Of a DNA stretch of 64,000 nt, positions 59,674-64,000 are shown in pieces. The position numbers and the translations under genes were made by a program. The stretch's first letter is position 1. Each line of letters opens with the position of its first letter. The notes beneath the pieces are model-generated. The model searched no databases, was not told the origin of the DNA, and was given only the letters and a program-made list of their open reading frames with translations. The stretch is from the NCBI GenBank assembly GCA_964402685.1, contig CAYODE010000002.1:10014-74013 (forward strand), in the 5' to 3' direction. The stretch comes from an uncultured Aestuariivita sp. GTDB lineage: Bacteria; Pseudomonadota; Alphaproteobacteria; Rhodobacterales; Rhodobacteraceae.

Positions 59674-60264
59674 GACGTTTCCCCCAAACACTGGGACCGT
59701 CGACTGGTGACAATTCAAATGCCGCAAATCGCGGCGCAGTATTACTTATTCCGTTTCCCAGCTACGGTCACAATCGGAGCACCCCCGGTTTTGCCGAAAA
59801 ACAAGCCGGTCAAATACCCCGAAACATCATGTGTTTGAGCTCGCCTGCATTGGTCAAGCCTATGCATTCTATGCAAAAAATGGTCTTGTCACAAAATTGC
59901 CATATTTCATTGAGCAATTCGCCGACGATTGACCTCCGTTCGGAAACGCAGATTTTCCAAAAGCGAAACTAAACTGCCTTGAAACACGCTTAGAGTAACA
60001 AATTGCGGGGTGTGATGTGCACCGCGCTAATTTGATCCACCGTCGAAAAAACACATCTGCGAGTTCATCTTTTCATTGTACACGCTAGGTTCTTCAATGG
60101 TGTCGACATCACATGCTCAAACAGTCGCATTAAGTCAAACGAACACAACAGTCTTCAAAACTGAAGACGCCGTGTTCCAGTTTTTGAGTGTCGAACAAGG
60201 CCTTGATGTTTGGAAGTGCCATTGGTGCAGATGTCATTGGGCAACACCATTCAGAGTGGCGCGT

Positions 60265-60984
60265 TCACACGCCGTCAAACCGTTTCGGGACCAGACCTGA
60301 CTGAAACCAATTCACAAAGCTGAGCATTGAGAAGACCGGCACTCCAACGGCCTCTTGAATTGCCGTGGCGTAGGGTCCCATATTCGTGCATTCCAGAACA
60401 ATTGCGCCGACGTCGGGATGGTCCCGCAGCAATACTTTGGCGGCATCTATGTTGTCTTGTCGGGCCGCACAGATGTCCAGTTCACGTTCGTTGCCAAGAA
60501 TAGCACGCGTGAACTCTCGCAAACCTTCCGTCGTTCCAATCGGTGTATCTAAGGGCACGTTAGCCGCCTCAAGATGTTTCTGTGTGAGAGTACTGCCCGA
60601 GATCGTGAGGATCCCACATCGTTTTCCGGGCGGCAAAAGCGCATTGACCATGTTCACCTGCATCAACGACGACGCAGCCACTGGTACATCTACTGCCGCC
60701 GCAAGCTCGGCCTGAAAAAGGGATAAGAACCCGCAATTTGTGGTGATACCATCGACGCCGCTGGCCACGAGATCTTGAGCCGCCTCGATAAAGACGGGCA
60801 ACAATCCCTCAGCACTCCGCCGGACCACATGGTCTGGGGAAGCCCCGTTGACGACGCGGTATTGAACAGGGAACTCCCAGCTCAGCGCATTTCCCATATC
60901 GCCCGGTATGCGGGGGAACTGCGCCTCGAGCATCAAGATACCGACAGAGGTCCCATAAACTGACTTACCGCCTTGCGCCTTCAT
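60265..60984 (-). CDS. Asp/Glu/hydantoin racemase family protein
   Basis: GILML...FPRIPGDMGNA.SW.FPV, TTNCGFL and VLECTNM.PY. Confidence 0.9.
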   Translation of the reverse strand: MKAQGGKSVYGTSVGILMLEAQFPRIPGDMGNALSWEFPVQYRVVNGASPDHVVRRSAEGLLPVFIEAAQDLVASGVDGITTNCGFLSLFQAELAAAVDVPVAASSLMQVNMVNALLPPGKRCGILTISGSTLTQKHLEAANVPLDTPIGTTEGLREFTRAILGNERELDICAARQDNIDAAKVLLRDHPDVGAIVLECTNMGPYATAIQEAVGVPVFSMLSFVNWFQSGLVPKRFDGV

Positions 60985-61068
60985 GACGATCCCCGCACTT
61001 ATCGATGAAAAACGTTGACGCCTGCCAAACGCTTTCTCAGAGTTACTTGCATAAGGGAGCCGCTGACA

Positions 61069-62760
61069 GTGACAAGCCAAAACTATTTGACCGGCGCAGA
61101 AGCGATGGTCAGGATGCTGCAAGCCTATGGCGTAAAGCACATGTTCGGGCTTTGTGGCGACACAACCCTGCCATTCTATGACGCGCTCGCCCGGCTTGAT
61201 CACGACATCACGCATTTCTTGACCCGAGATGAACGGCACGCGGCCTATATGGCGGATGGGTATGCGCGTGTGACAGGCAAGCCCGGCGTCTGCGAAGGGC
61301 CTTCAGGCGGCGGTGCAACCTACATCCTGCCTGGACTTGTTGAAGCCAACGAAAGCTCGGTGCCGGTTTTGGCAATCACAACCGATGTAGCGACAACGTC
61401 TGCCGGACGCTTCCCGCTCACTGAACTGGATCAGGTCGCCCTTTTCCGTCCTTTAACGAAGTGGAATGCCGCATTGGACCAGGCCCCGCGCCTGCCTGCG
61501 ATGATGCGGCGCGCGTTTCGCGAAATGACCACCGGGCGTCCGGGCGCGGTGCACCTTGCGCTGCCGTTTGACACCCAGAAGGCCGAGGTAGATGGCGCCG
61601 AAGTCTGGGCAGACCCGGCACACCAAACCTTTCCGGCAAGTCCGACCGCGCCGCGTTCGGAAGACATCCAAGATGCAGCGGATGCATTGCGAGATGCGAA
61701 AGCGGCGGTTGTGATCTGCGGCGGCGGGCCTGTGCTTGCCGGAGCCATGGATGAATTGGCGGACTTAGCGAACAGTCTCGATCTGCCGATTGCCACAACT
61801 GTGTCCGGTCAAGGCGCGATCGCGGAGACGCACTCTCAAGCCGTTGGTGTGGTCGGTTCAAATGGTGGCGTCCCCTCAACCCGCGCCGTCGTGGAAGAGG
61901 CCGATCTCGTCATGTTTGTCGGCTGCCGCGCTGGATCGGTGACGACGGAACGCTGGCGATCTCCGAAACCGGGCGTCAAAATCATACATATCGACAGCGA
62001 TCCCAGCGTCGTCGGTGCCAATTACCAAACCGACGTGGCGATCATCGCAGACGCCCGGCTGGCGTTGACCGCCTTGGTTGCAGAACTGAAATCCTATGGC
62101 GGAGACGGGCATCGCGGCAAAGCGCGGGCCAAAGTGGCTTGGGATGCAAAGCTGGCAAATTTCTATCCGTTGGCCGCAAGTGCGGAGCGCCCAATCCGAC
62201 CAGAAGCTGTGATCGCGGCCCTGTCAGATGTGCTGGACGACGATGCGACGATTGTAGCGGATCCAGGTACGCCCTGCCCGTATTTTTCGGCGCATTACCG
62301 ATGGCGCAAACCCGGTCGACACTTCATCACGAACCGCGCTCATGGCGCTCTGGGGTATGCGCTGGCAGCGGCCATGGGGGCGCAGGTCGGGCGACCGCGG
62401 TCAAAGACAGTAGCCGTGATGGGCGACGGGTCTTTCGGGTTTTGCTGCGGCGAGTTCGAAACCTTGGTGCGTTACAACATCCCGATTACCTCCATCGTGT
62501 TTTCCAATGCCGTCTTTGGTTGGATTAAGGCCGGCCAAAACGCGGGCTTCGGCCAACGCTTCTACAATGTTGATTTTGACCGCACGGATCACGCCGCCGT
62601 TGCACGTGCTTTTGGCGTTAAGTCTTGGACGATCGAGGATCCTACGCAGCTTGTCCCGGTGTTGCGAGAAGCTATTGCCGAGGATGGGCCCACGCTCGTT
62701 GACGTGATCTCGCAACCCTTGCAAGAGGCGGCCGCGCCTGTATCGGAATGGGTGGCGTAA
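61069..62760 (+). CDS. Thiamine-diphosphate-dependent enzyme (acetolactate synthase-like)
   Basis: RDERHAAYMADGYAR, GRPGAVHL, GALGYAL and GDGSF...N TPP motif. Confidence 0.93.
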   Translation: MTSQNYLTGAEAMVRMLQAYGVKHMFGLCGDTTLPFYDALARLDHDITHFLTRDERHAAYMADGYARVTGKPGVCEGPSGGGATYILPGLVEANESSVPVLAITTDVATTSAGRFPLTELDQVALFRPLTKWNAALDQAPRLPAMMRRAFREMTTGRPGAVHLALPFDTQKAEVDGAEVWADPAHQTFPASPTAPRSEDIQDAADALRDAKAAVVICGGGPVLAGAMDELADLANSLDLPIATTVSGQGAIAETHSQAVGVVGSNGGVPSTRAVVEEADLVMFVGCRAGSVTTERWRSPKPGVKIIHIDSDPSVVGANYQTDVAIIADARLALTALVAELKSYGGDGHRGKARAKVAWDAKLANFYPLAASAERPIRPEAVIAALSDVLDDDATIVADPGTPCPYFSAHYRWRKPGRHFITNRAHGALGYALAAAMGAQVGRPRSKTVAVMGDGSFGFCCGEFETLVRYNIPITSIVFSNAVFGWIKAGQNAGFGQRFYNVDFDRTDHAAVARAFGVKSWTIEDPTQLVPVLREAIAEDGPTLVDVISQPLQEAAAPVSEWVA

Positions 62761-62763
62761 ACG

Positions 62764-63891
62764 GTGTCGGAGCTGGCTCAAATCATCACCGGCTATGATC
62801 TGTGGTATCTGACGCTGCCGGTGGTCTCCGCCCGCGATCACGGCATTGGCAAGGTGGATGGCAGCTGCGAGGTGATCGTGCTCCGCCTCATCAGCGAGGA
62901 CGGCACGCAGGGTTTTGGTGAGGCGTCCCCATGGTCGGTCTTCACCGGTTCGCCCGAGGCAAGTTATGCAGCCCTTGATCGGTACATCCGCCCGCACGTG
63001 ATGGGGCGTCCCGTCTCAGAACGGACGTCGATAATGGAAAATGCGTCACGGTCTGTTGCCCATTGCACTGAGGCGAAGGCCGCTTTGGAAAGCGCACTTT
63101 TGGATTTGGAAGGTCGACTTACGGGGCAGCCTGTTTACGCGCTACTGGGTGGCAAAACGGCTGATAGCATCCCGCTCTCTGTCTCGATCGCCAATCCGGA
63201 TTGGGCGCAGGATCTTGACCTTCTTGCTCAGTTAAGTGCAGACGGGGTCCGCATCGTGAAACTCAAAACCGGGTTTGCGGGTCATGCCTTTGACATGATG
63301 CGGCTCAAGGCATTGGCTGAGGATTGGCCTGAATTCGCGGTTCGGGTGGATTATAATCAAGGACTGAAACCCGCAGATGCGCTTGCGCAGGTACAAGACG
63401 TGGCAACGCTCAAACCCGATTTCATCGAACAACCGGTTGCGGCACCTCTTTACGATCTAATGTCGGAGATCCGAAACGCGATCGACGTACCGCTGTTGGC
63501 AGATGAAAGTGTATTTGGCCCCGAAAACATGACCCGCGCTGTGCGAGAGGGCATTTGCGATGGCGTATCGATAAAGATCATGAAGTCTGGCGGATTGACC
63601 CGCGCACAACAAGTCGCCCGGATGGCGCAGGAACACGGGCTATCATCCTATGGTGGCGATATGTTTGAGGCTGGCGTCGCGCATCTGGCCGGCGCTCACA
63701 TGATTGCCGCGACACCGGAGATTACGTTGGGCTGTGAGTTTTACCAGGCCCGGTATTTCCTGCGCGAAGACATTCTAGAAGCGCCCTTCCCATGTGACGG
63801 TGGTGCAGTCTCGCTCTCTGACGCGCCGGGGCTGGGGATCCGACCGGATGTGGACAAGTTAAATCATTTTGCAAAGGCATTCAGCGCATGA
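62764..63891 (+). CDS. Enolase superfamily, muconate cycloisomerase (MLE) subgroup
   Basis: G.GEA, KLK, D.N, EQP, ADES and IK..K.GG. Confidence 0.9.
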   Translation: MSELAQIITGYDLWYLTLPVVSARDHGIGKVDGSCEVIVLRLISEDGTQGFGEASPWSVFTGSPEASYAALDRYIRPHVMGRPVSERTSIMENASRSVAHCTEAKAALESALLDLEGRLTGQPVYALLGGKTADSIPLSVSIANPDWAQDLDLLAQLSADGVRIVKLKTGFAGHAFDMMRLKALAEDWPEFAVRVDYNQGLKPADALAQVQDVATLKPDFIEQPVAAPLYDLMSEIRNAIDVPLLADESVFGPENMTRAVREGICDGVSIKIMKSGGLTRAQQVARMAQEHGLSSYGGDMFEAGVAHLAGAHMIAATPEITLGCEFYQARYFLREDILEAPFPCDGGAVSLSDAPGLGIRPDVDKLNHFAKAFSA

Positions 63892-64000
63892 CTGACACAG
63901 GCAAAACAGTCGCAGTAATTGGCGCTGGAATTGTAGGGGTATCCACCGCGATCTGGCTGCAACGCGACGGGCACAAGGTGATCCTGATCGATCGCGACGG
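63888..64000 (+). CDS. FAD-dependent oxidoreductase (D-amino acid dehydrogenase-like), partial
   Basis: [36 protein letters not shown] Rossmann motif; ATGA overlap with the upstream gene; truncated by the window. Confidence 0.85.
   Translation, partial: MTDTGKTVAVIGAGIVGVSTAIWLQRDGHKVILIDRD

Noticed and set aside
1-64000. CRISPR arrays, tRNA/rRNA, prophage, IS elements and anti-phage defence genes
   Set aside because: I saw no regularly spaced direct repeats, cloverleafs, or integrase, transposase or phage motifs. The cyclase has no adjacent Pycsar-type effector.

Overview
A gene-dense window of roughly 55-60% GC (estimated by eye) with gene content typical of an alphaproteobacterium of the Roseobacter group/Rhodobacteraceae. 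I found no rRNA, tRNA, CRISPR array, integrase or transposase. From left to right it holds: an RND efflux pair (permease cut by the window edge); a membrane class III nucleotidyl cyclase; an M20 dipeptidase; a MocR regulator plus DMT transporter, divergent from a Tat-exported isochorismatase-family hydrolase, a YHS protein and DUF983; a divergent PanB paralogue plus a TauD dioxygenase; a stand-alone DnaJ-type zinc-finger microprotein; a putative polysaccharide locus (DUF995, a GH18-like/CE4/GT2 fusion synthase, and a Tat-exported DUF3131 protein); an arsR-arsC fusion/GAPDH/arsJ arsenate-resistance operon; a peptide-type ABC transporter, LysR, amidohydrolase and COG0523 GTPase with two matching promoters; a NitT/TauT ABC transporter; a Zn-ADH and a TIGR03084-like protein; a decayed hypE fragment; and a large catabolic region. 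That region has hydantoinase A/B, an aminotransferase, a maleate-isomerase-like protein, a TRAP transporter with a structured 5' leader, LysR, a non-pyrrolysine MttB, a DMG-dehydrogenase-like protein, a trigonelline (tgn)-like operon lacking its flavin reductase, and DMSP lyase DddL. The window ends with a racemase, TPP enzyme, enolase-superfamily protein and FAD oxidoreductase. All family calls come from recognising motifs by eye; no database search or folding program was run.
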